NCBI GenBank assembly: GCA_012103605.1 | Contig: WLWL01000001.1 | Coordinates: forward strand, 37,216-101,215 | DNA length: 64,000 nucleotides | From: Candidatus Nanopelagicales bacterium | GTDB lineage: Bacteria; Actinomycetota; Actinomycetes; S36-B12 | Direction: 5' to 3' | Part shown: positions 37,905 to 48,011 of the stretch, one piece after another | Numbering within the stretch: position 1 is the first letter of the stretch | Layout of the letters: each line of letters opens with the position of its first letter | Made by a program: the position numbers and the translations under genes | Notes under the pieces: generated by a model | The model's input: the letters and a program-made list of their open reading frames with translations, nothing else | Database searches by the model: none | Told to the model about the DNA's origin: nothing

Positions 37905-38256
37905 CCAAAAGATCGATCACGAAAACCAGTGTGGCGCCGGACAGTCGGTGTCCCGCTCCAGCGGGCCCGTAGGCGAGCTCCGGCGGGATGATCAATTGAC
38001 GACGTCCACCGACCTTCATGCCGGGGATTCCCTCTTGCCATCCCGCGATGAGCCCCGACAGCGGAAAGACGATGGACTCTCCTCGATCCCAGGATGCATC
38101 GAATTGCTCACCCGTGCTGAAGTCGACGCCCACATAGTGCACCTCGACTGTGTCGGAGGCAGCCGCCTCCGCACCGGTACCTTCGACGATGTCTTCCATC
38201 ACAAGTTCATTCGGCGGTGGCCCGTCGATGAAATCAATCTCTGGCTTTTCGCTCAC
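37894..38256 (-). CDS. FKBP-type peptidyl-prolyl cis-trans isomerase (cytosolic)
   Basis: 120-aa FKBP core: VHYVGV.FSTGEQFDASWDRG..I.FPL....IAGWQEGIPGMKVGGRRQLIIPPELAYG. Confidence 0.8.
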   Translation of the reverse strand: MSEKPEIDFIDGPPPNELVMEDIVEGTGAEAAASDTVEVHYVGVDFSTGEQFDASWDRGESIVFPLSGLIAGWQEGIPGMKVGGRRQLIIPPELAYGPAGAGHRLSGATLVFVIDLLDVR

Positions 38257-38288
38257 GTGGTCTCCTCTACGAAGGGTCGTGTGGTTGG

Positions 38289-38867
38289 TTATCCGGCACC
38301 TACACCCAGCAACTCGACGACGAACAGCAGTGTCTCCCCCGGTTCGATTCCCGGGGGAGGCGAATCTCCGTACGCCAGATCGCTGGGAATGAGCAACACG
38401 CGCCGCTCACCGACTTGCATACCGGGTATTCCGTCCACCCACCCCTGAATCAACTGCCCCTGCGACAGTGGAAAGGTGGCCGGTGTTCCGCGCGCCCAGG
38501 ACGCATCAAACAAGGCGCCGGTCGATAGTCCAACGCCGCAATATTCCACAGTGATCAGGTCGTCGAGTGCAGCCACATCACCCGAGCCACCTCGCAACTC
38601 GGCTGTTATCAGTTCACCCACGGGTGCGGCGCCCTCCGCCACGTACACCACGGGTACGTCGTCATCTTGAACCGAGACGTCGGATGTGATCGAAGCTCCT
38701 GATGGCGAGTCTGCCGAGACCGGCTCACCCGGACTGCCGCAATCGGTCACCAAATACGTCTGGGTAGAGGCCGCAGGTGTGGCGGCGGGGGTATCGGAAG
38801 ACCCCGATGAGCATGCGGATGTCGCGACAATGACCACGATGGCGGCGCCAAGAAGAACCTTCACCAC
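38289..38867 (-). CDS. FKBP-type peptidyl-prolyl isomerase, secreted/lipoprotein candidate
   Basis: N-terminal signal MVKVLLGAAIVVIVATSAC with a lipobox-like Cys (non-canonical -3 residue). C-terminal FKBP domain: VEYCGV..STGALFDASW...IQGWVDGIPGMQVGERRVLLIPSDLAYG. Confidence 0.7.
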   Translation of the reverse strand: MVKVLLGAAIVVIVATSACSSGSSDTPAATPAASTQTYLVTDCGSPGEPVSADSPSGASITSDVSVQDDDVPVVYVAEGAAPVGELITAELRGGSGDVAALDDLITVEYCGVGLSTGALFDASWARGTPATFPLSQGQLIQGWVDGIPGMQVGERRVLLIPSDLAYGDSPPPGIEPGETLLFVVELLGVGAG

Positions 38868-38888
38868 TGCAGGTTACGCCACTTTCCC

Positions 38889-40253
38889 CTACATGCTCGC
38901 CAGCAGGCGCTCGACCCGCTCATCCACATTCGCGAACGGGTCCTTGCACAAAACTGTCCGCTGTGCCTGATCATTTAATTTCAGGTGCACCCAATCAACC
39001 GTGAAGTCCCGGCGACGTTCTTGGGCGCGTTTGACGAAGTCTCCCCGCAACTTGGCTCGTGTCGTTTGCGGCGGTACCTCTTTTGCCTCGAAAACCTCGG
39101 CATCGTTGGTGATGCGGGCTGCGAGGCCCTTTCGCTCTAAGAGATAGAACAGTCCTCGCTGGCGACTGATGTCGTGATACGCGAGATCGAGCTGGGCAAT
39201 CCGGACGTCATCGAGGGCGAGATCATGCTTTTTCATGTAGCGCTCGAGCAGTCGCTGTTTGATCACCCAGTCGATTTCGGTCTCCACACCACTGAAGTCC
39301 TGCGCCTCGACGGCCTTCAAAGCGCGCTCCCACAGATCCATCACCCGATCGATCATGGGGTCAGCTCTCAAGTCCCGGCGATCAACGTATTGCGCCACCT
39401 TCTCGAAGTACTCCGCCTGCATCTGCAAGGCCGTGACCTCGCGGCCGTTGTTCAGGGTGACGGTGCGGGTACCCGTTGTGTCGTGGCTGATTTCGCGGAT
39501 GGCCCGAATCGGGTTCTCGAACGACAAATCCCTCATCACGGCGCCAGACTCGAGCATGCGCAGCACGAGGTCGGCAGTCCCGACCTTCAACATCGCCGTG
39601 GTCTCGCTCATATTGCTATCGCCGACGATGACGTGAAGCCGTCGATACAGGTCGGCATCGGCGTGCGGCTCGTCGCGGGTATTGATGATGGGTCGTGACC
39701 GCGTCGTCGCGCTGGATACTCCCTCCCAGATGTGATCGGCACGCTGACTCACGCAGTAGCGCGCCCCGCGTGGAGTGCTGAGGACTTTTCCGGCTCCCGT
39801 GACGATCTGGCGCGAAATGAGGAACGGGATGAATCCTTCGGCGAGAGCAAGAAAATCGGTGGACCGGTCGACGAGAAAGTTTTCGTGGCAACCGTAGGAA
39901 TTGCCCGCGGAGTCGGTGTTGTTCTTGAAGAGATAGATGTCGCCAGCGATGCCCTCCTCTCGGAGTCGCTGCTCGGCATCCACACATAGCCCTTCCAGGA
40001 TCCGCTCCCCCGCACGATCGTGGGTGATCAACTGCTGCACGCTGTCGCATTCAGCGGTCGCATACTCAGGGTGGCTGCCCACATCGAGGTACAGCCGGGA
40101 CCCGTTGCGCAGGAAGACATTGCTGCTTCTGCCCCAGGCAACAACGCGTCGAAACAGATAGCGCGCTACTTCATCGGGACTGAGCCTGCGCTGTCCCCGG
40201 AACGTGCAGGTGACGCCGTACTCGGTTTCGATTCCGAAGATGCGGCGATCCAT
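38889..40253 (-). CDS. pafA: Pup--protein ligase PafA
   Basis: [13 protein letters not shown]-terminus, [21 protein letters not shown], and the YGCHENFLV carboxylate-amine ligase fold. Confidence 0.9.
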   Translation of the reverse strand: MDRRIFGIETEYGVTCTFRGQRRLSPDEVARYLFRRVVAWGRSSNVFLRNGSRLYLDVGSHPEYATAECDSVQQLITHDRAGERILEGLCVDAEQRLREEGIAGDIYLFKNNTDSAGNSYGCHENFLVDRSTDFLALAEGFIPFLISRQIVTGAGKVLSTPRGARYCVSQRADHIWEGVSSATTRSRPIINTRDEPHADADLYRRLHVIVGDSNMSETTAMLKVGTADLVLRMLESGAVMRDLSFENPIRAIREISHDTTGTRTVTLNNGREVTALQMQAEYFEKVAQYVDRRDLRADPMIDRVMDLWERALKAVEAQDFSGVETEIDWVIKQRLLERYMKKHDLALDDVRIAQLDLAYHDISRQRGLFYLLERKGLAARITNDAEVFEAKEVPPQTTRAKLRGDFVKRAQERRRDFTVDWVHLKLNDQAQRTVLCKDPFANVDERVERLLASM

Positions 40254-40280
40254 GACTCCACTGTAGGAGTTTCAGGCTCG

Positions 40281-40988
40281 CTACGCAGGGGCTTGCGGGC
40301 CCTGCAGCAGGTCCGCCAGAGAATCGCCTTCCAACCGGTGGAAAAGGCGCCTGGGTCGAGTTCTGTCCAAGATGGCCACCTCGAGGTCATCCGGGCTTAG
40401 CGTCCGGCGTTCGTCCGTTCCGTGTTGGCCAAGCGCATTCACCGCCTGACGCAGGGACGTCTCGAGGTCCTGATTCGGCTGCCACGCGGCAGACATCGCA
40501 CCCTCAATCGCCTCCGCTGAGCCGCCCATGGCGACGAATCCTCGTTCGTCTGCCACCGAACCGTCGAAGGTCAAGCGGTACATCTGGTCTGCAGACTCAT
40601 CTGCACCCACCTCCGCAACCACGATTTCAACTTCATACGGCTTAGCGGTTTCGGTGAAGATGGAACCGAGTGTTTGCGCATACGCGTTCGCCAGCGAACG
40701 CCCCGTCACATCACTGCGGTCATACGAGTACCCCCGTAGATCAGCCAGACGAATACCCGCAACCCTCAGGTTCTCGAACTCGTTGTACTTTCCGACGGCG
40801 GCGAAACCGATGCGATCGTAGATCTCACTGATCTTATGCAAAGCCTTGGAAGGATTCTCTGCGACAAAGATGACGCCCTGGGCGCATTGCACAACGACAA
40901 CGCTTCGTCCCCGGGCGATCCCTTTTCGCGCGAAGTCCGCCTTGTCTTTCATGATCTGCTCTGGTGACACGTAGAACGGAACACTCAT
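40281..40988 (-). CDS. prcA: proteasome subunit alpha
   Basis: [30 protein letters not shown]-terminus. ATGA overlap with the prcB stop. Confidence 0.9.
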   Translation of the reverse strand: MSVPFYVSPEQIMKDKADFARKGIARGRSVVVVQCAQGVIFVAENPSKALHKISEIYDRIGFAAVGKYNEFENLRVAGIRLADLRGYSYDRSDVTGRSLANAYAQTLGSIFTETAKPYEVEIVVAEVGADESADQMYRLTFDGSVADERGFVAMGGSAEAIEGAMSAAWQPNQDLETSLRQAVNALGQHGTDERRTLSPDDLEVAILDRTRPRRLFHRLEGDSLADLLQGPQAPA

Positions 40989-41833
40989 GAGGCACCCCCT
41001 GTCACGCTCGCCTGGGGTCCGTCAGGCCGACCCATTCGCGCCGCCATCATCTGCTCCACTTCGTGAGCGAGGCGATCCTCGCGGATGGTTTCTACTCCGG
41101 ACGCAGTCACAACGGAGACCATCGGGAAGATGCGTCGGGCGAGATCAGGCCCACTGGTCGCACTGTCGTCGTCTGCGGCGTCATACAACGCTTCCAGCGC
41201 CACTCGAACCGCAGCATCGGCATCGGCGTCCGGACGGAACAACTTCTTCAACGAGCCGCGAGCGAAGGTGGATCCCGAACCGACGGCGTGAAAGTCATGC
41301 TCCTCATACCGCCCACCCGTCACGTCGTACGAGAAGATTCGGCCGCGGTCCTCTGCCAGGTCGAAGCCCGCAAACAGCGGCACTACTGCCAGGCCCTGCA
41401 TGGCCATCCCCAGATTCGCCCGGAGCAGCGAGGACAGGCGGTTGGCCTTGCCTTCGAGCGACAGGGGGGTGCCCTCGATTTTTTCGTAGTGCTCGAGTTC
41501 CACCTGGAACAGGTGCACGAGTTCGACGGCAAGGCCGGCGGTGCCAGCAATGCCCACAACAGAAAATGCATCGGTTTCGAAGACCTTTTGCACATCTCGC
41601 TGAGCGATGATGTTGCCCATCGTTGCGCGGCGATCACCGGCCATGACGACCCCGGAAGCACAGACGAGGGTGACGATCGTCGTCCCATGGGGTGCCTCGA
41701 GGTTGGCGGATCCGCTCGACGCGGCGCTGCCTGTAGATCGGCTGACCCCGGACTCGTTACCCGAGGCGTTCAGGAACTCCGTGAAGGACGAGCTGCCCAC
41801 CAGGCCGAACGCAGACGGGAAGTTGTGGCTCAC
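40985..41833 (-). CDS. prcB: proteasome subunit beta (with about 50-aa propeptide)
   Basis: Processing and active site [10 protein letters not shown] (Thr1). The start overlaps the pup stop by 4 nt. Confidence 0.9.
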   Translation of the reverse strand: MSHNFPSAFGLVGSSSFTEFLNASGNESGVSRSTGSAASSGSANLEAPHGTTIVTLVCASGVVMAGDRRATMGNIIAQRDVQKVFETDAFSVVGIAGTAGLAVELVHLFQVELEHYEKIEGTPLSLEGKANRLSSLLRANLGMAMQGLAVVPLFAGFDLAEDRGRIFSYDVTGGRYEEHDFHAVGSGSTFARGSLKKLFRPDADADAAVRVALEALYDAADDDSATSGPDLARRIFPMVSVVTASGVETIREDRLAHEVEQMMAARMGRPDGPQASVTGGAS

Positions 41834-42030
41834 TGCCCGCCCTTTTGCACGAAGGACTTCACGAAGTCCTCGGCATTGGACTCCAGCACACCGTCGATCT
41901 CGTCGAGAATGGCATCGACATCGCTGTCGAGGGCGCTGTCGGCCTCTTTGGCGGCTGGTGCCGCGGATTCCTCTTCATGGTGATCGCGGCGATTCGCTCT
42001 GCGGTGTTCGACGTTCTCTTGTCCGGCCAT
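41830..42030 (-). CDS. pup: prokaryotic ubiquitin-like protein Pup
   Basis: 66 aa, acidic and disordered, with the C-terminus [12 protein letters not shown]. The GGQ ending requires Dop deamidation. Confidence 0.9.
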   Translation of the reverse strand: MAGQENVEHRRANRRDHHEEESAAPAAKEADSALDSDVDAILDEIDGVLESNAEDFVKSFVQKGGQ

Positions 42031-42047
42031 GCGACAAGGTTACCCGC

Positions 42048-43568
42048 CTAGTCGTCCGTTAGCGCGTCGATCAACGAGGCAGCGTCAGGACTGGCATCCA
42101 GAATGTGCGAGACGTGTCCGTGCGTGCCACGCGTGGGTTCCAAAGTAGGCACGCGCAGGAGAGATTCTCGCTGCGGAATGTCGAACACCACCGAGTCCCA
42201 GGAGGCAGCGGCAATGGATTCGGGATAGCGCCGCACACACTCGCCGCGAAAGTATGCGCGGGTGTCATGAGGCGGTTTCTGGCGTGCCCGATCGATCTCC
42301 TCGTCATCGAACATCCGCACCAGCCGGCCTCGTTGCTCTAATCGAGCCGCAAGGCCCTTGTCATTCCTGATGTCCGCGTATTGCAGATCGACAAGATGCA
42401 GACGAGGGTCGTCCCAGGTAAGTCCATCACGCCGGACATACCCCTCGAGCAGGCTCAACTTCGCCACCCAGTCGATCGTGCTGGCAACACTCATTCGATC
42501 GTTCTGCAGCCGGTCGAGGTGGTCGCCCCACAGCGTCAAGACTTCCTTGGTCTGTTCGTCAAAATCCGCATCGCTGCGTGATTGGCAGTAGTTCCACGCG
42601 TGTTCGAGGAACGCACGCTGCATATCGATGGCTGTCCACTGGCGTCCCCGTGACATATCGATGACGTGCGTCAGCGTGGTGTCGTGAGACACCTGGTGCA
42701 TCTCCCGCACTGGATCCACCGGCATGGCATCGAAGGTGTCCAGGTAGCCGTCTTCGATCATGGCGAGAACAATCGCCGTGGTTCCCATCTTGAGAAACGT
42801 CGCCGTGTCACTCATGTTGGCGTCCCCGACAATCACGTGCAGTCGTCGATACTTCTCTGGATCGGCATGCGGCTCGTCCCGCGTGTTGATGATCGGTCGT
42901 TTGAGGGTGGTCTCGAGCCCAACTTCCACTTCGAAGAAGTCGGCCCGCTGGCTCAATTGAAAGGCGCTCGTTTGGCCCTCTTGACCGATCCCCAGTCGCC
43001 CGGCGCCGGTGAAGACCTGCCGCGAAATGAAAAAGGGCGTCAAATGGCGGACGACATCGGCAAACGGGGTGGTCCGGCGCATCAGGTAGTTCTCGTGACA
43101 GCCGTAGGACGCGCCCTTGTTGTCCGTGTTGTTCTTATACAGCAAGATCCGCTCGCCACCCGGCGCAGCAGCCGCAGCATCGGCGGCCGCATTCATGACA
43201 TTCACACCGGCCCGGTCCCACAACACGGCGTCGCGGGGGTTCGTCACCTCGGGCGTTGAGTACTCAGGGTGAGCATGATCCACGTAGAGCCGAGCTCCGT
43301 TCGGCAGAATCACATTGGCGAGGCCAAGATCCTCGTCGGTCAATTGGGAGGCATCTGCCTCACTGCGCGACATGTCGAAGCCGCGGGCGTCTCGTAAGGG
43401 CGACTCCTCGTCGTAATCCCATCGAGCTTTCGACGTCGTGTCGTGCGAGACCAGGTATGCATATGCATTGACAATCTGTGACGAGGTGACCATCGCGTTC
43501 AGCATCGGCTGGCCGGGAACGCTGATTCCGTACTCGGTTTCCAAGCCCATGATCCGATGGACGCTCAC
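42048..43568 (-). CDS. dop: Pup deamidase/depupylase Dop
   Basis: RIMGLETEYGIS, RWDYDEESPLRDARGFD, NGARLYVDHAHPEYSTPE, and the Dop-specific loop relative to PafA. Confidence 0.9.
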   Translation of the reverse strand: MSVHRIMGLETEYGISVPGQPMLNAMVTSSQIVNAYAYLVSHDTTSKARWDYDEESPLRDARGFDMSRSEADASQLTDEDLGLANVILPNGARLYVDHAHPEYSTPEVTNPRDAVLWDRAGVNVMNAAADAAAAAPGGERILLYKNNTDNKGASYGCHENYLMRRTTPFADVVRHLTPFFISRQVFTGAGRLGIGQEGQTSAFQLSQRADFFEVEVGLETTLKRPIINTRDEPHADPEKYRRLHVIVGDANMSDTATFLKMGTTAIVLAMIEDGYLDTFDAMPVDPVREMHQVSHDTTLTHVIDMSRGRQWTAIDMQRAFLEHAWNYCQSRSDADFDEQTKEVLTLWGDHLDRLQNDRMSVASTIDWVAKLSLLEGYVRRDGLTWDDPRLHLVDLQYADIRNDKGLAARLEQRGRLVRMFDDEEIDRARQKPPHDTRAYFRGECVRRYPESIAAASWDSVVFDIPQRESLLRVPTLEPTRGTHGHVSHILDASPDAASLIDALTDD

Positions 43569-43613
43569 AGGTGAACCTCCGGATGCTTCCTCGCCACTGC
43601 GTGTCGCGCGCGG

Positions 43614-45269
43614 TTACAGGTACTGGCCGGTGTTGGCGACGTTATCGATAGAACGTCCCGGACTGCCGCCCTGCTTACCTTGGATCAAGGTGCGGATGAA
43701 GACGATGCGTTCGCCCTTCTTCCCGGAGATGCGCGCCCAGTCGTCCGGGTTGGTTGTGTTGGGTAGGTCCTCATTCTCGCGGAATTCGTCCACGCAGGCA
43801 TCGAGAAGATGCTGGACGCGAATGCCCTTCTCGCCGGTATCGAGGAATTCCTTGATGGCCGACTTCTTGGCACGCGCCACGATGTTCTCGAGCATCGCCC
43901 CCGAGTTGAAGTCCTTGAAGTACAAGACCTCCTTGTCACCACCTTCGTAGGTGACCTCGAGGAATCGATTCTCGTCTGATTCCGCATACATTCGCTCAAT
44001 CGCTCGGTCAATCATCGATGAGCAGGCAAGGTCGGAATCCCCCGAATGCTCCGCGATGTCGTCGGCGTGGATCGGCAGCCCCGGCACCAAGTACTTACTC
44101 AAGATTTCCCGGGCCGCCTCGGCATCCGGACGCTCGATCTTAATTTTCACGTCCAAACGACCTGGGCGCAGAATCGCCGGATCGATCATGTCTTCACGGT
44201 TCGACGCCCCGATGACGATGACGTTCTCCAAGCTCTCGACGCCATCAATCTCACTGAGCAGCTGCGGCACGATGGTGTTCTCTACGTCGCTGCTCACGCC
44301 GCTCCCCCGCGTTCGGAACAACGAATCCATTTCGTCAAAGAAGACGATGACGGGCATACCTTCGGACGCCTTCTCGCGTGCCCGCTGGAAGACGAGACGG
44401 ATGTGGCGCTCCGTTTCGCCAACGTACTTGTTCAGAAGTTCCGGCCCTTTGATGTTCAGGAAGAAACTCTTCGCTTCTCTGACCCCGGTCTTTTCAGCAA
44501 CCTTCTTAGCTAAGGAGTTGGCCACCGCCTTGGCGATGAGAGTTTTGCCGCATCCAGGCGGGCCGTAGAGCAAGATTCCTTTCGGGGCCCTGAGCTCATG
44601 CTCTTTGAAGAGTTCGGCGTGCACGTAGGGCAGTTCCACCGCGTCTCGGATCGATTCGATTTGGCTGAACAACCCACCGATCTGCTCATATCCGATGTCC
44701 GGAACCTCTTCGAGGACTAGTTCCTCGACCTCGGCGCGGGGCACCTGCTCAATCACGTAGCCGCTGCGGACGTCACACAACAACGCGTCCCCTGCGCGGA
44801 GTCGGACTCCGGCAATCGACCGCGCGAGACGAACGACCCTCTCTTCATCAGCGTTCGCCACCACGACGCACCGGTCATCGCCGAGCATCTCCTTGAACGT
44901 GACGATCTCACCGACGACCTCGTAGTCGCGCTTGCCGACGACGTTCATCGATTCGTTGAGCACGACCTCTTGGCCTGCGACTAACCCATCAACCCCCACG
45001 CCAGGGCTGACAGCGACCCGCATCTTGCGTCCCGAGGCCATGATGTCCACTGATCCGTCCTCGTGCGCTTCCACGAAGGTCGCGTAGCCGCTCGGGGGTT
45101 CGCCCAGTCTGTCGACTTCGGCCTTGAGCGCCACGATCTGCTCGCGGGCCTCCCGGAGCGTTGTAACGAGGCGCTGGTTGTGATCCTTTTGGGCAGTGAG
45201 TTCGCCCCGAACCTCACCCAGGGTTGTCTCGATGGCGAGCAAACGACTCTCAGGGCTGGGCTCGGTCAT
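43614..45269 (-). CDS. arc: proteasome-associated AAA ATPase ARC/Mpa
   Basis: ATG 45269 behind a GGAGGA RBS. The N-terminal coiled coil is followed by OB domains and an AAA module ([14 protein letters not shown]). The C-terminal GQYL is the proteasome-docking motif. The track ORF is over-extended to 45662. Confidence 0.85.
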   Translation of the reverse strand: MTEPSPESRLLAIETTLGEVRGELTAQKDHNQRLVTTLREAREQIVALKAEVDRLGEPPSGYATFVEAHEDGSVDIMASGRKMRVAVSPGVGVDGLVAGQEVVLNESMNVVGKRDYEVVGEIVTFKEMLGDDRCVVVANADEERVVRLARSIAGVRLRAGDALLCDVRSGYVIEQVPRAEVEELVLEEVPDIGYEQIGGLFSQIESIRDAVELPYVHAELFKEHELRAPKGILLYGPPGCGKTLIAKAVANSLAKKVAEKTGVREAKSFFLNIKGPELLNKYVGETERHIRLVFQRAREKASEGMPVIVFFDEMDSLFRTRGSGVSSDVENTIVPQLLSEIDGVESLENVIVIGASNREDMIDPAILRPGRLDVKIKIERPDAEAAREILSKYLVPGLPIHADDIAEHSGDSDLACSSMIDRAIERMYAESDENRFLEVTYEGGDKEVLYFKDFNSGAMLENIVARAKKSAIKEFLDTGEKGIRVQHLLDACVDEFRENEDLPNTTNPDDWARISGKKGERIVFIRTLIQGKQGGSPGRSIDNVANTGQYL

Positions 45270-45313
45270 CGAATCCTCCATCTGTCGCATCCCCGGGGGG
45301 CTGGCTGCTGACC

Positions 45314-46228
45314 CTAACCCGATTCGCCCTCTTCTACCTGATCTGCGCCTGGACCCTGATAATCCTCCCCGTAGGCCCCGGGGGCCGGGCGACGACGACG
45401 CGGAGGCGACTGCTGCCCGCGCGCCATATGCCGCGCGGCCACCAAGAACCCGGTATGTCCCGACATTCGATGATCTGGCCGCACCGCGAGCCCGTCGAGG
45501 TGCCACGTGCGAACGATGCTCTCCTCGGCTCGCGGCTCGGTCCAGCGACGAGACAAGCGCATCGATTCGACCAAGCGTGACAGCTGTGTTGTCGTGGCGA
45601 CGTAACTGACCAGGGAACCTCCGGCTCGCAGCACTCGATCGGCGACATCGAGGCAATCCCACGGGGCGAGCATGTCCAAAATGAGGGTGTCCTGACTGCC
45701 GGTCGGGATGTCACTCTCTGTCGCATCGACGAGGTCCATTTCGTTCACCGTCCACGATCGTGGAGTCCCGCCGAACCATCGCGAAACGTTCTCGCGTGCA
45801 ACCTCCGCAAAGTCCGAACGCCGCTCCACGCTCGTCACCGTGCCGGTGGGCCCGGCCGCCTTAAGTAGGTAACAGGTCAAGGCACCCGAACCAACCCCGG
45901 CTTCGAGTACTCGTGATCCGGACCCCACATCGCCGAGCGCCACGATCCGGGCAGCATCTTTCGGATAGATGACCGCCGCTTGACGCGGCATGCCCAGCAC
46001 ATAGTCGTCGAGTTGAGGGCGCTGCACGAGGTAATCGATACCCCGCGTGGAGGTAGTCATGGAGCCCTCGTCCATCCCGATCAGGGAATCGTGCGGGATT
46101 TGCCCACGGTGCGTGTGCAGGATGGCACCCGGCACCGTCGTGATGGTGACCTTGACTCCGCGGGTGTCCGTGAGTTGCACCAATTCTCCCGGACCGATCG
46201 GACCGCGCGCCCGCGTCGCAACATCCAC
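45314..46228 (-). CDS. trmI: tRNA (adenine58-N1)-methyltransferase TrmI
   Basis: [14 protein letters not shown]......T..PG...HTHRG.I.HD..IG is colinear with Rv2118c. The SAM motif is [12 protein letters not shown]. There is an Arg/Pro-rich C-terminal tail. The start is tentative: GTG 46228 chosen, ATG 46348 also possible. Confidence 0.7.
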   Translation of the reverse strand: MDVATRARGPIGPGELVQLTDTRGVKVTITTVPGAILHTHRGQIPHDSLIGMDEGSMTTSTRGIDYLVQRPQLDDYVLGMPRQAAVIYPKDAARIVALGDVGSGSRVLEAGVGSGALTCYLLKAAGPTGTVTSVERRSDFAEVARENVSRWFGGTPRSWTVNEMDLVDATESDIPTGSQDTLILDMLAPWDCLDVADRVLRAGGSLVSYVATTTQLSRLVESMRLSRRWTEPRAEESIVRTWHLDGLAVRPDHRMSGHTGFLVAARHMARGQQSPPRRRRPAPGAYGEDYQGPGADQVEEGESG

Positions 46229-46379
46229 CGGATCGCGCGGAGCGGGTGGGTGAGGGGGTCGTTTGCGCGGCACGTGAGGACAGTAGCGACCGCGCACGGT
46301 CCGCGTGTCTGCCGCCGGATCCCGCGTACCGGATCCCGCGCGCGACATCGCAGACTGCGGACGTCGGCACAGACCCCGG

Positions 46380-47213
46380 GTGGACCGTACAGTTGCCAGC
46401 GTGTTCCCTCCGTCGTTATCGCCGTCGCGGGCGAACGACTTCATGACCTGTCCGCTTCTGTACCGCCTTCGTGTCATCGACAAACTCCCAGAGCGACCCT
46501 CGGCCGCCGCGTTGCGGGGAACCCTGGTGCACTCAGTTTTGGAGGAGTTGTTCAATGCGCCGGCGGCGCGGAGAACAGCGGACACAGCCACGACCCTGAT
46601 TTCCGAGCATTGGGATCGCATGCGTGTCGAAGCACCCGTGGACGCGGAGATCCTCGCCGAAGGAATCAACCTCGAGGAAACCGCCGACATTGCGGACGCG
46701 GTCATCGCTCCCATTCGACCGTTGCTGGAGGCGTACTTCACTCTCGAAGATCCACGTCGAGTAGAGCCCCACGCGCGCGAGATGGGCGTCTCTACGGAAC
46801 TGCCCTCGGGGCTGTCGTTGCGTGGATTCATCGACCGGGTCGACATATCTCCCACCGGCCTTGTCCGCCTCGTGGACTACAAAACAGGTCGCAGCCCCGG
46901 GGCAGGATTTGAGGCGAAAGCGTTGTTCCAGATGCGTTTTTACGCTCTGCTGTGGTGGCGGACCGCAGATCAGATCCCGGCACGCCTCGAGTTGTTGTAT
47001 TTCGGTGACGGACAAAGGATCAGCTACGAGCCCACCGAAGACGAGTTGCGCGCAACAGAACGAAAGATCATGGCTCTGAGTGACGCCATCGCTCGCGCCG
47101 CCATGCACGGTTTCACCGCTACCCCATCGGCGTTGTGCAGCTGGTGTTCGTTCCAGGACGCCTGCCCAGAGTTCGGCGGACACACACCCCCGTTGCCGGC
47201 GTTACCTGAGTGA
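46380..47213 (+). CDS. RecB family / PD-(D/E)XK nuclease (Cas4-like Cys cluster)
   Basis: SLSPSRANDFMTCPLLYR N-terminus, GFIDRVD...LVDYKTG nuclease core, and C-terminal CSWCSFQDAC. The start is tentative: GTG 46380 or 46401; the track gives 46305. Confidence 0.65.
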   Translation: MDRTVASVFPPSLSPSRANDFMTCPLLYRLRVIDKLPERPSAAALRGTLVHSVLEELFNAPAARRTADTATTLISEHWDRMRVEAPVDAEILAEGINLEETADIADAVIAPIRPLLEAYFTLEDPRRVEPHAREMGVSTELPSGLSLRGFIDRVDISPTGLVRLVDYKTGRSPGAGFEAKALFQMRFYALLWWRTADQIPARLELLYFGDGQRISYEPTEDELRATERKIMALSDAIARAAMHGFTATPSALCSWCSFQDACPEFGGHTPPLPALPE

Positions 47214-47255
47214 CGCCCACGCTGCGCGAATGACGCCCCGTGGCGCCCTGAAGCC

Positions 47256-47951
47256 TCACGCGTCAAGGCGCAGGTGACGTCGGGCGTCCCGCCACAAATC
47301 TTGAGGCTGCCGGTTCTCCAAGCTCTCCACGATCAAGACTCTCGAGCCGTCGATGCGCACACCTTGGGGTACCGCGACCACCACACATCCTGCGGCGAGG
47401 GCCGACTGCACGCCGGTCGGTGAATCTTCGATCGCCAGGCAGTCGCGTGTCGCCACACCGATCGCACCCGCTGCGGTCTCGTAGGGCTCGGCATGCGGTT
47501 TACCGGCGGTGACGGCGTCCCCCGTCACCACGACGTCGAAAGGCTCGGTACCGATGTCGACGCGCATCCGCTCGAGAGAGGCATTGACCAGACTCCGCCA
47601 GGCAGCCGTCACCAGTCCGGTAGGAATCGCTGCACTCCGGCACGCTCGTAGGAAGTCCACTGCTCCGGGTTGCCATCGCGGGCGCTGCGAGCGGATCCTG
47701 GTCTCCACGGCCACAAGCAGCTGTTGTCCGATCTCCTCGGGCCGTGCCTGTGGGCCGATGCGCTCGGCCATGTAGCCCGAGACACGTTCAAGCGGCCCCC
47801 CAAGGCAGTGGGTGTGATCCGGTGTGTTCCAGGAGCTCCCCCACGAGGACATGACCTCGACTTGCGCCTCCCACCAGACTGGTTCGCTATCGACCAACGT
47901 CCCGTCGAGATCCACCAAGACCCCGGCCGGTGCGTGTGAGCGATCCGTCAT
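47256..47951 (-). CDS. HAD family hydrolase (phosphatase/beta-phosphoglucomutase-like)
   Basis: Motif I is LVDLDGTLVDSE, and motif IV is EDSPTGVQSALAAG. Confidence 0.7.
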   Translation of the reverse strand: MTDRSHAPAGVLVDLDGTLVDSEPVWWEAQVEVMSSWGSSWNTPDHTHCLGGPLERVSGYMAERIGPQARPEEIGQQLLVAVETRIRSQRPRWQPGAVDFLRACRSAAIPTGLVTAAWRSLVNASLERMRVDIGTEPFDVVVTGDAVTAGKPHAEPYETAAGAIGVATRDCLAIEDSPTGVQSALAAGCVVVAVPQGVRIDGSRVLIVESLENRQPQDLWRDARRHLRLDA

Positions 47952-48011
47952 GAGGGCGAAGCATAGAAGCCATCATCTTCCGGCGGTGTTCGTGGCGATA
48001 GCGTTCGCACG

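Noticed and set aside
45270-45662. 131-codon N-terminal extension of the arc/mpa ORF in the track (682 aa).
   Set aside because: The extension is Arg/Ala/Gly/Ser-rich low-complexity sequence, typical of open GC-rich frames. A strong GGAGGA RBS precedes ATG 45269, and the coiled-coil N-terminus expected for ARC/Mpa begins there.
46229-46855. Long upstream extension of the trmI ORF (513 aa in the track).
   Set aside because: Homology to TrmI starts near [13 protein letters not shown]. The extension is low-complexity (Ser/Arg/Ala) and would overlap the divergent RecB-like gene.
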